64,000 nt of DNA from Tubiluchus corallicola (Eukaryota > Animalia > Priapulida): the NCBI GenBank assembly GCA_030141605.1, contig JAQGDQ010000751.1, forward strand, positions 1 through 64,000, read 5' to 3'. The position numbers and the translations under genes are program-made. How positions within the stretch are numbered: position 1 is the stretch's first letter; every line of letters begins with the position of its first letter. Positions 1 to 12,800 of the stretch are shown here, piece after piece. Under the pieces are notes generated by a model. The model was not told where the DNA came from, made no database searches, and saw only the letters and a program-made list of their open reading frames with translations.

Positions 1-791
1 TGTAGTGTTTCTGCAATAATGGCAGAGAAGCTGACCCCTATAGGCTCAAGCCAACAAATATATAAATATGGCAGACTAACATTTAACAGAAAGTGACACA
101 GTGTCAAAACATTAGTGCAATTTTAATGTGAATGTAAGGTCATTAATCTGTTTGATATTTGTTGTTAAGGGACAAAATGAATAGCGAGATTTCGACACTT
201 GTCACTAAGATGGATGTTAGACTTAGACGACCTTTGTTTCTGAAATAACGTAGTTTTTTGTTTTTAAAACTGTGTGAGTAATTTGAATACCAAAACTATC
301 ACTCACGTGTTTATTAAATTTTGGATACCTATAATAAGAAAAAAGCAAAACAATCTGATCCAGCATTAAATTCACCCTGCCCCAATCATACAACTCATAA
401 TGGCTTTCAAGTTAATTATAATGCAGCTCACAGAAAAACCACCAGCTAATACAGAAATCACTTTTTTCTTCCACACAGCTGTTAAGGCTGATTCCTCCTT
501 AAAGAAATTTTCCCTTCAACAACTTAGTGTAAAAAACATGTTCAAGAAGTACACCATGATTTTGAATCAACATGTAGAATTTTACCATTTCTCCCGAAGC
601 CTCTAAAATGTAATTACAGATGTCGATCAACCCATCTGTATTTATCCTATCCCTTCAGCATGAAATACAGTCTCAATTAATTGTGTGCCACTGACTGTAT
701 TAAAACACATGTTTGCATTTATCTTTAGCACCATCTTCAATCTAAAGATGTTATCAGTCAATCGCTAAGTGAGAACTGTAATTTGTCTTAC

Positions 792-881
792 CTCAGACAT
801 GTTGAAGTTCATCACTAAGGTTTCGCCTCTTGCCGTTGTTTTCTTACTGGTCAGTGCTGTGTTCAGCGTTTCTTCCTTGAC
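792..881 (-). CDS. MYO9: Single internal exon of a class IX myosin motor domain (partial gene)
   Basis: 90-nt phase 0/0 exon with ttcacatag acceptor and GAG|gtaag donor. It encodes VKEETLNTALTSKKTTARGETLVMNFNMSE, resembling the MYO9A motor segment VKEEMLFEALVTRKTVTVGEKLILPYKLAE (recalled). No other myosin exons were found in the window. Confidence 0.7.
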
Positions 882-1456
882 CTATGTGAACAAAGAAATG
901 TTCAATCTATTGCATTTAACTGCAATAGAGTCAAAAGAATAATTTTGCTGTATTTAAATTTTAACAGAACGCTAAGAGAATTTTCTATTGCTTCTTCTAA
1001 ATGAGCTCATCATTTGTCTCACCGATCACAGAAACTGAACATCTGTTTAGTGAAATTTACCTTCTAGAATGCAGAAACACATAGTTTTCTGGAAAACCAC
1101 AAAAAAATTAACAACAACAGTGAGAGCCCGAGTGGTTCTGTGTCCAGCTACCTAACCTGCTGGATAACACATGTGCCAACTGTTGCCTTCAATACAACCA
1201 AATGCTACAACTTGTTCTTAGACAACCTCTTCCTAAGAAAAAGTACAGTTTGCCTTCGAAACAATGAAATCTGTACAATAAAGGCAAGCCCTTATGAATA
1301 TTCATAGGCGAAAATGATTTTTTAATATGTTGTCAATGTGTTGCAGAAACACTCCATACACAAATAGCACGACATGGACGACTAGCCAACAAGACCAACA
1401 GCAGTACAACAAACAGCTCATTGTTACAGCACCAAGATTCATTCTCCTGAAAATTG

Positions 1457-1681
1457 TTTAGTTTAAACCCAATCATGGAATTGAACCATGTTCCTTCGAA
1501 TCTAACGCAAGAACATTGCCCAGTTCAGCAAATTATCGGTTTTCAGACGAAACTACAGATGGCAAATTATAAAGCTATAACATGAGCGATATATAAAGAT
1601 TAATTCTCCTGCAAACATTTAGTTTAAACCCAATCATAGAATTGAACCATATTCTTTCGAATCTAAAGAAAGCACACTGCC
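1457..1681. repeat. Direct repeat, two diverged ~65-bp copies ~160 bp apart
   Basis: tttagtttaaacccaatcatRgaattgaaccat...ttcgaatctaa at ~1457 and ~1618. Confidence 0.8.
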
Positions 1682-2363
1682 ATAAAGACATAACATGAAC
1701 GAAATATAAAGAATACCTTGAGAGTGTTCGATATGACTTGAACAACAGCTGGATTGCTAACCATGACCACTTCATCTTGATAGTGATGACTAGATTTGTG
1801 CTGTAAGCAAACACTGCATGTTTAGTAAATACACATTTACATAGATTACATTTTGCATAAACAATTAAAAATAAATAAAATGAAACAATGATGACGCTGA
1901 TCAAATTATGATTAGCTTAATAACAATTAAAAGTCGAACAGAAATACAAAATGAGACAAAGTTTCACTTTTACCTTAGGTTGCTTTGAATCTTGAATTTT
2001 TGTTAAAATTTCATGATAATACTGAATGCTAGAATGAATTACAAAAATCTTAGTAAAAGGCTTTATCAAGACTAACTAACCTAATCATTAAAACTTAAAA
2101 CTGAGCAACTTTTTCATACCTTGACTTTACATACCCACTTCACACCATTAAAACGAGAACCAGTAAACAAGAGCGCAACCACCTACAACCGCTCTCTAAT
2201 CACTGCCATTCACCGATACTTACAGACGTATGTAAATGTCGCACTTGTGAAGAATTCGACCTATGAAAAGTGAAATTTTCATTTTTTACTGAGGACAAAT
2301 TGGTCCGAAATTTTGATAGACCTCCTTTGTCTGAAAAAAAAACGACTTGGGTAAGTCATACAA

Positions 2364-2665
2364 TAGTACTAGTAGTAATAAATAGTAGTAGTGGTGGTGG
2401 TGGTGGTGGTGGTGGTGGTGGTGGTGGTGGTGGTGGTGGTGGTGGTGGTGGTGGTGGTGGTGGTGGTGGTGGTGGTGGTGGTATGGTGGTGGTGGTGGTG
2501 GTGGTGGTGGTGGTGGTGGTGGTGGTGGTGGTGGTGGTGGTGGTGGTGATGGTGGTGGTGGTGGTGGTGGTGGTGGTGGTGGTGATGTTGGTGGTGGTGG
2601 TGGTAGTAGTAGTTGTTGTCATAGTAGAAGTAGTAGCAGTAGCAGTAATAGTAGTAGTCGCAGTG
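2364..2665. repeat. (GGT)n microsatellite with (GTA)n flanks
   Basis: About 210 bp of near-perfect GGT repeats (2391-2604). This explains the poly-G/V/P/T/H ORFs. Confidence 0.98.
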
Positions 2666-5104
2666 AATCGGATGAACCATTGTACACAGAATATTTATTA
2701 TGATAAAGTTTTATTTAGCTGTATTTTGGTGCATACGTGCGTGCAATTTTCAGACTTAAATTATAAAGCACTTATTCACTCACAGATTAAAAATCGATAA
2801 AAGTACAAGATACGTGAATTTAAGACAACATTAAAAAGCAATTGTAAACGTTTACATAACTGTTTCAGCAAAAATTGCAGAAAACTCTTTTTGCAATTAA
2901 AGTCAGGAAGTCATTCGGCCAGCCAATCGGTTTTGCTTCGACGAGCAAAACCAAAAAAATATTATTAAATACCCAATTTATTAAAGATCTGAAAGTATAT
3001 TAAATATTGAGATTTCAAGATTTAAACCATATTTACTTACAGTTACTTGTCGCTACTAAAGATGTAACTGTCAAACCAAAAAGGGATGCCAGGAAGTATA
3101 ACCGTTTAAGCTGCACGTTGTTTATGTCACTTTTGTTTTCACCTGTAACCATCACATAACCTACCTGCACCCTATAAAGAGAACACTCTTGCAGTAAGCT
3201 ATTTTAGGAAACAGTCGTTATCGGGAAAAATTACTGCGCGTATTCCAAAAGGGTTATCGTCTTCATCAGTAGGCTTCGTAGGCTTTGAAGCTTATAGTAC
3301 TATTTAACTTATGATGAGTTAATGCACGTGTGGATAAGTCAGTTTTGTAATACGTGCAATTTGACTACAGGACATTGCTTGATCAGACATACAAGCAATT
3401 CCTTCTGCTGACAGACTTTACAGAATGGACCAGATAACAAAAGAAGACATGCAAACAAGTAGTTTCATTCTGTTTTAATTATTTTTTGTTTAGTTTGCAG
3501 GGCTTGTTGCAATTATATGATGCCAATTTGTCTATTTTCTAATCAGTTCAATTTGGTGCAGCATCAAGCATTCAGTCTTCACGTTTTTAGATGTTATTCT
3601 TTCACTAGATTGTAACGACAAGAATAAAAGATTTTTAAATTTTTTTGTGGTGCGGAGGTATTAAGTAATAACCAGGTTTCATTCCGATCTTTTTCTTTCA
3701 AGTCTGGTTGTGGCTTAATTTGGCTACACCTGAATGTGAACAGTGACAGCAAAATTGTACACACTAGTGAAATTGAATAACATTTAAATGTGCTATTACT
3801 ATCACTGGAAACATTTACGAATTAAGTAACAATGAAGCTTCGCGAAAGTGTACACTTTTTTGCACAGAGGTATACACTAGTACACTAAGAGGAAATATGC
3901 ATGCTTGGTGTTACTTAGCTGAAATTAAACTTGGGACCCAATATCCTTATCCAAAATTCCAGACTTACCCGGGAATACATAGAAAAGGCAAAGAAAGGGC
4001 CAACCTTCGGGCTATTATAACAGATTGCTTTTACAAATTCATATAAATAATATGTTTACCTTTGTAATATCTTACACTATCTTCAACGTATGCTCCTATT
4101 GTTAGTTTGTAATCAAATTCTAGATGACGTATAATGCGAGAAATGTTACACAACATATACTGCTCGTCTATATATTTTATTCAGCTCCAAGAAAGCGAAA
4201 AATAAAAGCGCTAAAATGAAATTATTAAGGTACACAATATTATGCAGACCTGAACGCGTCAGTTGTGAACACGGAACACTCTTATATTATAAAGGTTATT
4301 TATCAGATTGCAACTTCGTTGTCACTGTTTATTTTTGAGCGTTCCTCAAGAGGCAAGAAAGTCAGATCTTAGCTGCATGCATTAAATGAGATGGGAGTCT
4401 CGTCGGTTCCACGGCTTCCTGTTTTAAGACTATAAATAGGAATAGAAGCCATGGCATAAACTGGGGTGAAAACTTTTTTCAGGCTGAGGCAAGAAATGCT
4501 TGGCGAATCGCAAGTCAATTTAATTTTACCAAACAGCCAGAATACATGCATTTTACCAATGCACGCTACGTTGATTTCTGTATAAATTTAATATCTTTTA
4601 TATACTTTACTTGCGTGAAATACGCACTCAGGCTCATGCAAGAAAATTTATTACTCGCTTGAGTTTCATCGCGCATCTAGTGCTTATTAAAACTTATTCA
4701 CCAAACCTTAGAATTTTTTAGTTTCCTAATTTTGTTGGACGTATTAAAAAATAATAATACGCCACTCCCGGCGGATGAGTCAAAACGCAGACTTTAGTAT
4801 AAATTGTTTACGCACGGCTTTACTACAATCAGGAAAAAGACAAAGTCAACAGATCTGATGAAATAGGATATAATTGAGAATAACATACTAGATTTGCAGC
4901 TCAATCAAAAATAAAAAGATAACCGTACTAAAGCCATTCACTGCGTAGTATTTACTTTTGTAAGACTGAAGTGATCCTCCGCACTTAAAATGTGCGCGCT
5001 GTCGTTGCGGCAGCGGCAACGGAAATGCCGCAGTGCATTCAAATTTTCACAGTGCATTTCGAGTACACCATGTTGCAGCAAATGTCAAGAAATATATTCG
5101 CAAG

Positions 5105-5340
5105 TTTTTCCTTTGCTTCCATTTTCTTCTCTTTCTTCAGTTTCCTTTCTTTCTCTTCCTTTCCCTTCTCTTTATTTGTCTTTACTTTAATTTAGACCTG
5201 TCCTTTGTTTCTCTCTTCTTCCCTCCCCTTCCCTCTTCTTTTCCCTTTCGTTTCCTTACTTTTCCGTGACACCCCATTTTCAACATTTTTTTCCTTTTTC
5301 CCATTTGATCTCTTTCTTCTGTTTCTTCTTTTTCATTCCA
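5105..5340. repeat. CT-rich low-complexity tract
   Basis: Pyrimidine-rich runs (tttc/ttcc) on the + strand. Confidence 0.8.
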
Positions 5341-7051
5341 GAAACAGTTCCCGTGTTTTGACAGATAGATGAAATTAGTCAAATTACATAATAAATAAAA
5401 CTTACTTCATTGCCTTAAAGCGCTACATCACAGTGAAATGTTCACCGAAACACATGTTTCTATAGAATCACTTGTGGCGCTGAAAAGACATTCGTGTGTT
5501 TCTTAGCCATGAAAGTTTTTTAGGAATAAAAGTAAATATTACCGAGTTGCTACTAGATTAGTGATAAGCTGCATTAGCTGTTTTTCCATTTCCACGAATT
5601 CTAAAAAACTGGAATGCAAAGGTAATTTAACAACAACTTATTCCTGCTATACTATTTTCATGAAACCCTTTGGACGAATTAATGCCTGGTGACAATAATT
5701 TATGTAGGTGTGTAACCATGTAACTACGCAATCTTATAATTAATTTCGGTGATATATGGGTATATTGTATAATGTTATATTAATGTAACTAGGTAGCGTC
5801 GTGTAACACACAGGTCTAATGACTAGCATAACAGTAAGACTATCGCACGACTAGCATAACGGTGTCTACCTTTCCCCGGTTTAAATGCAGTGTTATCTTG
5901 AAGGCAGATTAAATTTTATTTTAGAATTCTGTCTGACAAATCGTGCCAACTATTCGAGCAAGTGGGACAAACTCTCCTGTGTCGTTATTTCGTATTTTTT
6001 AATTATATGTCGCCCCGATGTTCCAAAAGTCCATCATTATTTTGAAAATTTTTTAAGTTGTCTTTATAATATTGCAGCGATTTTAATTCTCACTTCCTAT
6101 GCCATGCCCTTTTCTACAATTCTTATTATATCATATAGTTATGTTGCAAAATCACACCTTTGCTCTAGAATCAGCATGATAGCAAATGGAAACAGCCATA
6201 CTCGATTTGTTCAAGCAAAATTTCAGCTTTGTACTATGAAAATTATAGGCCTGTGATGCTTAGCAAGATAAAGGTAACAACAATTGTTACTAAATCAAAT
6301 AACATCATTACCGGACCCAAAGAGTTATCATTAATGATTAACAGTTTGCCACAAGTCCACAACAAGGTAAACGTCGTTGGTCAATGTTGGATGCAAAAAA
6401 ACTGAAAATCGAATTTGCGAAATACTTATGAAACAATATATAAACCCCTGTGGTGCAATAAAAAATATATTTTATACAATAAATATATCCAATAAGAATT
6501 CGTTTTTGTATTTTTAAGTGGTGTAAATACAAGTGTTTGTAGATTGTGACAAAACCCTCAGAAATATGAATATCATAAAAACGGGAATCGTGAGGATAAA
6601 AATCTGTAACGTTGCCGAAAAGTAGCATATTTTAAAAATTAACAGTGTTCACTTAGGACCTATATCCATTGATGAATTTTGTGGTTCTGCTGGATTAAAA
6701 AATATATCTCGTCCACAATGTTCTCTATTAGCTACAGTTATTAGGCTAATTAATAGTGTTTAAGGCAGACGTAATTAAGGCAGTGTTAAAAAGGTTATTC
6801 ATTAATTAGTAACTGCGTGCATGCATCTGTGATGAAGATGTGAGCGCTCTATACCTTTGGTTATAGTTCTGATTAAGTGAATGCACTTATTGGTGTTTGT
6901 TGATTATGAAGATGAACCATTTAGGCCTGTGATAGCACCAAGTTAATCTTCATATAACGTAGCATTACCAGAGCCTTTATGTTTGAAGTATAGTGAGGAG
7001 AAACAATAAAGCAGTTATTGTTACTTCTTTTGATAATTTCATCATTTCATA

Positions 7052-8227
7052 ATGAGCAAACAGAGTAAAATATTCGACGATGATGAAGTTCGCAGCGACG
7101 TAATGTGGAGAGATACCATTGAAAGGGAAAAGAGGTGCATAAAGCAATGGTAAGTGATAAGCTTTTTGTATAATTTGTTTCACTCAATAAGTGAATATAA
7201 CGCCATGTAAAATAAACGTTTATTTTATTTGTTATAGGGCAACCAAATGGGGATTTTTGCTAGAGTTTGACTCAAAGGTAAATATTTTCTATATATGTCA
7301 CGTAGCTGCTAAGTTACATCCATACTACTGCAAATTATCGTCTTGATTTTTGTTTGCGGAGTAAAGTTCAGACGTAAGATTCCAGTCCAGATAGACGAAA
7401 GATCTATAGTGACAAGCTTGGTTGATTTAAATTTCAAGCGCCCTGTCACACAGTTGTACCTGTAATTGTTTTCTTTCTGGGTGCTATGTACAAATAGCAG
7501 ATAATTACACAGAAAGAGCATAACTAGGTTTACGAGGCCTCATTAATGTCAGTTTTATTACGTCACTATCGACATAGTAAAATGATCTTCTTTCAGTAAG
7601 TTATATGAAGTATAAAAAATATATATAATCCGATGAAAGTAAGTGACTAATGAATTATGGTTAATTATAAATGAATTTGTGCACAGATTTTATTCTTCCG
7701 CAATATCGCACAATGCCGCTCAATGTAGTTACCATTCCACTCTCCACATAAATTATTTTCACATCACATGAAGATATGGTCATTAGAAACCAAAACTCCT
7801 TGAGCTTTCTTTTAATAAAAATCTTATCTAAAGTTCTACTTTTTCTACGCTCTTCCAAAATATAGCAGGGGAGTAGACTACAAACTCTATAGTAGTGTAC
7901 TGGTAGATGGGCTTAAGGAAAGGCATCATTAGTAACTGGAATAATTGTTATAAATGTTCATGCAGTAACAGTACTATGAGTCGCTGATATTGGAACTTGC
8001 AAAAATACGACACAAATTTACTTTTGCAGGGTAAACCTAAGAAAAAAGAACATCACTGCACAACAGATTTTGTTAGCGAGCAAAAATATCAGCCAAAAAC
8101 GACAAACGAAGCAGATTACACAGTTCGGAGAAAAACCAAAAGTGGAGATTCGTTAATGAGACTTCAGCTGACGATGTGCCGTAAAAAGTTTACTTTTGAA
8201 GAAGATATGCCAAACATGAAGAAATAA
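7052..8227 (+). CDS. C2orf50: C2orf50/CIMIP5-like ciliary microtubule inner protein, 111 aa
   Basis: Exons 7052-7149, 7238-7277, 8030-8227, all GT-AG with consistent phases (336 nt). Protein MSKQSKIFDDDEVRSDVMWRDTIEREKRCIKQWATKWGFLLEFDSKGKPK... matches the C2orf50 pattern D-x-x-WR...E...W-x-x-x-W(S/G)FL-x-x-(Y/F)D-x-x-G (recalled). Confidence 0.8.
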
Positions 8228-8483
8228 ATTATAGGATAGGTTGACAGGCGTTTTCATTGTTATGGGTACCATGGTCGTACATTACTGTTACCTAAAGTGC
8301 TTGCATAATTAATTGTGTGCAAGAGTTACATTATTATTTCTTTATTCAATGCAATTATTCCTTGTTTGTATAGCTTATGCAAAATACATATTACGTATTT
8401 GTGGCATAATTATGCATGTACATATATTAATGATTGCAGCACTATAGTTTTGTGTTATTTGTTGGTTGTTTTCATGTTCAGCA

Positions 8484-8848
8484 CAGGGGAGCATTCTCTA
8501 TCAGAAAGCAAATTCGAATTGAATAGAATTTTTGACTTTCGATCTTTATAATGAAACCGAATTTCAAGATTTGGAATTCAGTTTTAAAAATTTTCGACTC
8601 GCAAACAAAAAATAGCCTTGCAAAGATCATGCGTATTGTTTGATTTTTTCAGTTAAACACTAATAATTTTGATTAAAAAAGTGCACACAGAAATCATACC
8701 AAATTGTGCTGACTGCATGCTGTTTCAAGTGACAAAGAACATATGTAGTTCAATTGGTAAATTATTCAAATCCATAATTTTAGGTATGAATCGAAATCGA
8801 AAAAGAAGCTTATTCAAATCGAATTCTAACTTTCAAAGCTCACCCCTA
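8484..8848 (+). mobile_element. hAT-type MITE, TTCGAA-rich family, copy 1 (diverged)
   Basis: Homologous to 9214-9585. Ends caggggagc...gctcaccccta. No clean TSD. Confidence 0.75.
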
Positions 8849-9213
8849 CAACTAACCTCTTCGGATGTGCTTTAGCACCAGGTTCAGGTTCAGGTTATGA
8901 CACGAAACCAAGATACAGTTTACAGATATGATCACCTCTTTATGCCAGAATTCTCAATATCTCTCTACAATATGGGCCAAGTACTGCTATCTTTAAGGAT
9001 CGCAGTGCTGAGACTGCTGACCTGTTTAAATCTTTCTATGCAAAATCTAAATATGTTAACATTTATCCTCCTATTGGTTTTCTAGCTGATTTTATTGCTT
9101 GTTGAAGACCTATCTTCAGATAGTCTAAGTATATGCCCAATTCAACGACATTTTCTATTAATTATTTATTCAAAGTTCTTCTATTTTTTCTGAGTTTTGA
9201 ATATGCTGATAAT

Positions 9214-9585
9214 CAGGGGTGAGCAATCGCTAGCAGAAAGCGAATTCGAATCGAATCTAATTTGCGATTTTCGAATTCGAATCGAACCGAATTTCAGTAT
9301 TTCGAATTTAAATCGAATTCGAATTGAGCTTGAATGATTTTCGAACAAGTTTCGAAGCAGTAGTAAAAAGTATTCTTACAAAGATCATGCATATTACTTG
9401 GCTTTGTTCTTCAGTAAAACCACAGAAACTGCAGCTAAATTGTGTGAAATGCATGCTGTTTTAAGCATTTTAATGATAAAGAACGTGTATGTGGCTGAAG
9501 TGCTGAATCATTCGAATTTATAACTTTAGGTTCGTAGCGAATTCGAACCAAAAAACTCAATTCGAACGTTCGATGCTTGCCCCTA
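9214..9585 (+). mobile_element. hAT-type MITE, TTCGAA-rich family, copy 2
   Basis: Imperfect TIRs caggggtgagca / tgcttgccccta. Perfect 8-bp TSD ctgataat at 9206-9213 and 9586-9593. Confidence 0.9.
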
Positions 9586-9609
9586 CTGATAATGCCATTA
9601 TGGAGGCAA

Positions 9610-9805
9610 GTGTCAAGGCGGAACAAGCACACAGTCGTGGTAAAAGACGAATTCATAAAAGGGTTCAGAAGCGATAAAAGCGCTGCCTTTTTCGCTCCGT
9701 CACGTGTTGTAAACACAAGGTAGCCAACTGCTCATCTGGTCGGAGTCGTGTTTCTTTTAATTTTAATATAATTGTTTAGCAAGATTTGTCTTAATTGAAA
9801 ATGTC
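9610..9805 (+). promoter_or_regulatory. Putative promoter/5'UTR region of C1GALT1
   Basis: Locally CpG-rich, with E-box gtcacgtg and forkhead-like gtaaaca just upstream of ATG 9806. Candidate 3' splice acceptor at 9779. Confidence 0.45.
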
Positions 9806-12800
9806 ATGATCAGGACCAGGTTAAAAGTGCGTCTTTTTATTTTTATGCTTGGTGTGCTTTTTGGAATACTGCTGACGTTCTTATATCAAAATTTCTTCTT
9901 GTCATTTCTCTGCAACAAAGTTAGCACTGGTGTGATCTCTAGTGAAAATGGTAGGAATAACTTTTCAAATTTACTTATTATTTATTAATTAACTGTTAAT
10001 TTATTCAACTAATTATAAGGTTGGAAGCAACGGAGTGTCTACATAGTTCACAAAAAAATCTTGTTAATTTTAATTAGAATGTGATAATGTCAAATGCGTG
10101 TTGGCGAATTTTAATTTTGCTAACCAGTTTCTTCCAAATCATGCACATATTGTTGGTGTCATAAAGATAATTGATTTAGAATTCTATTTTCAAAAATTCC
10201 TTGTCTCTTTATTATATGCTGAGCATTTTGTTACTGATGGAAAATACAAATGATTGTTCAGATTATTATTATTATTTTATTCAAAAACATAATATATAAA
10301 TAATAATACAGTTATACTGATACAGAAATATGCATTCATACAAATCTCAAAATGTTTACCTAGCTCTCCATTTACAGGGCAAAGAAAGGGTAAAAATGGA
10401 CAGCAAACTAAAAGAAAGGAGTGGAACAGGGCTCTTGCAAGTTTACACATTTTGCAATATGTGCTGCATGTCTGTTCACCTATAATTTGTCTTCTCCATG
10501 TTAGTAATTACTTTTAATACCAGACTCTTCAAGTACCTTTATCTACTGCTTTTCAGAAGTAAATATCCTCTGATGATGAAAGAACAAATAGTTTAGTTTA
10601 GTTTAGTTTAGTTTATTCTATTTGCCATAACAATAATAATAATACATAAATGTAGTGACACTAATAACAGTAAAACAATAACAGCAAAAAACATACATTT
10701 TTCTATAGAATTTTAATTAATAAATTACTGGACCTGTCCAAAAAGACGAACTTGTAGAGGTCAGACCCAATAAGGCAAATAGAAAAGAAAATGTACATGT
10801 GCAGCAATAAATGGTAATTTATGGGAGTAGGAGAAATGTGATAGGTGAATGGCATTAATATGTAACATGAAAACTAGATTCAATTACGAATTATGGGTCT
10901 GCTACTGAGACTCTCATTTGAATAATGCATATACTGAAATAGAAAAGAAAATGTACATGTACAGCAATAAATGGTAATTTATGAGAGTAGAAGAAATATG
11001 ATAAGTGAAGGGCATTAATATGTAACATGAAAACTTGATTTAGTTCAGAATTATGAGTCCTTTACTGCGACTTTCATTTGAATAAACAGTAAAAATAAAA
11101 TTCCTACATAATATCTTTATATAAAAATAGGAGTGGAATAGGATAGTGCTCTTGTAAATCAACACATTTGAAGTCTAGGCAACACATGTGTTCAGCTGTT
11201 ATTTGTTTCCAAGCTGTTATTTGTATAATACACATTGCAATTAATATTGCTGCCAAATATTGAATATTGTGTGGTAACTTTCAAACACCATTTGTACATG
11301 TGTGCAGTTTAAGACGAGTTGTAGTACAGGAGGCATTTACTACCTTCAAATGTCAAAATAGGGAGGTTCCACAAAAATTCAACTAGGAGGTCTATGTAGG
11401 TGCTGTGATCTCCCAGTGGGGGCCTTCTGTGTTGTTTTTGCATTCCAGCATTTTTAAATGTCTATTTTAATACCATTTCTGCATTTTTTTTATTATCTGG
11501 GAGTAGAAATGCCCTTCAAACAGCACAGCACATTTTAGTTTTAAACTCTTTGCTCTCTACATTTTTAGACGCTTAGGAAAACCTTTAGCGCCATTTTTGA
11601 TGTGTGTAAAAGTTCCCAGAGAAGAATGATTGCTTTAAGCTTTTTCAAAATGAAATCTCTAAAATTTTATTGTAGTATTCAGTTGATAAATGTGACAACT
11701 CAGTTGTCATTATCAAGGGTATGCCACATCACAAACTAATTTCTAATCTCAAACTTGATGAAGGTTTCCAATTTTAGTATATAGGTCACATGCCCCTATT
11801 ATTTGTGCTGCATTCCCAGATTTGTTTATTGTAGATGGGCAATTGTATATCGGACGATGCAAAAAATGTTCTATCTCACTGCAGTTGGATTGCTATGTTT
11901 ATTTTGAAGTAACATTTGGTGGAAAATTGAGAGAAATATTTCAAAATAAAAAAAGTGAGGTTAACCAATAAAATTAGGAGCCTGCCAGTCAAAACATGTG
12001 AGTTTTTGACTATGTGTAATAAGGTGAAGCTTCTTGACTGTTAACATAGATTTTGGAATCAGGTTTTATTTTCACATTTTAGTTCGAAATAAACTTTTGT
12101 GTTGGATATTGACAAGTCCCGAATATGTCAGTAAGAGAGCCGTACATGTACGAGACACTTGGGGACAGAGGTAAGTGTATTAAACCTTATTTTAACTATA
12201 AATATATTGCACATACTGAAAACTTGTGAAAATTTATTTCTAAAAAAATTTTGTTGTTTTTAAGCATAGGCCTACTTAACAGTGTAATTGTCCCTATTTT
12301 GCATTTTCTTTGCATAACACAGAAAATGTAGATTTGCTGTTTGTGACAAGAAAAAATAAATTGGGGCACTGTATCCAGTCATCGGACTATGCTGAACCTG
12401 AAGAAACTGTTGCCAGTTTGAAAAATTAGCGGAAAACTGTCAAAAACATAAAAAAAACGAAAAGGCCGCCAAGTTTTTGCGCAAAAAATGTAAATAAAAA
12501 AATTCCCAGAAAATTAAAATTAATAAGCAATTATTACATCAATTCCAGGTAGCTGGACCTAAGGAATCCATTTCTGTTACTTTTGTTTCAAGAAAACTGC
12601 CATTTCAAAATGCAACTGTTTCACCTAAGGATTTATTATAAAAACAACAAGCAAATATTTTTATAAATTCAACAAATCCAATTTAAAAAAATACTGTTAG
12701 ACCACAAAAGGGATCCAAAGTGACTTAAACAGTCTAATAAGCAAAAAACAAAATGGCCACAAGGGTCCCAGCAAATATAGTCTAGCTAAATGGTGAATGT

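Noticed and set aside
2270-2800. Poly-Gly/Val, poly-Thr/Pro and poly-His ORFs
   Set aside because: These are translations of the (GGT)n microsatellite.
3221-3290. CUGAUGA on the - strand, suggesting a hammerhead ribozyme (also at ~42053)
   Set aside because: No paired stem II followed by GAAA could be built.
4990-5382. Overlapping F/S/L-rich ORFs
   Set aside because: Products of CT-rich low complexity; no recognisable domain.
5788-5827. Helitron-like 3' ends (hairpin plus CTAG/CTTG; also ~4660-4681 and 18129-18160)
   Set aside because: Too short and degenerate, with no matching 5' end or second copy.
9240-9360. Dense GAA/TTC motifs resembling heat-shock elements
   Set aside because: Spacing is mostly TTCGAA/GAATTC rather than nGAAnnTTCn. 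They are MITE subterminal repeats.
9435-9716. Two ORFs sharing the N-terminus [16 protein letters not shown] (also 12987-13187)
   Set aside because: An artefact of the 99-bp duplication read on the opposite strand; no ATG start and no homology.
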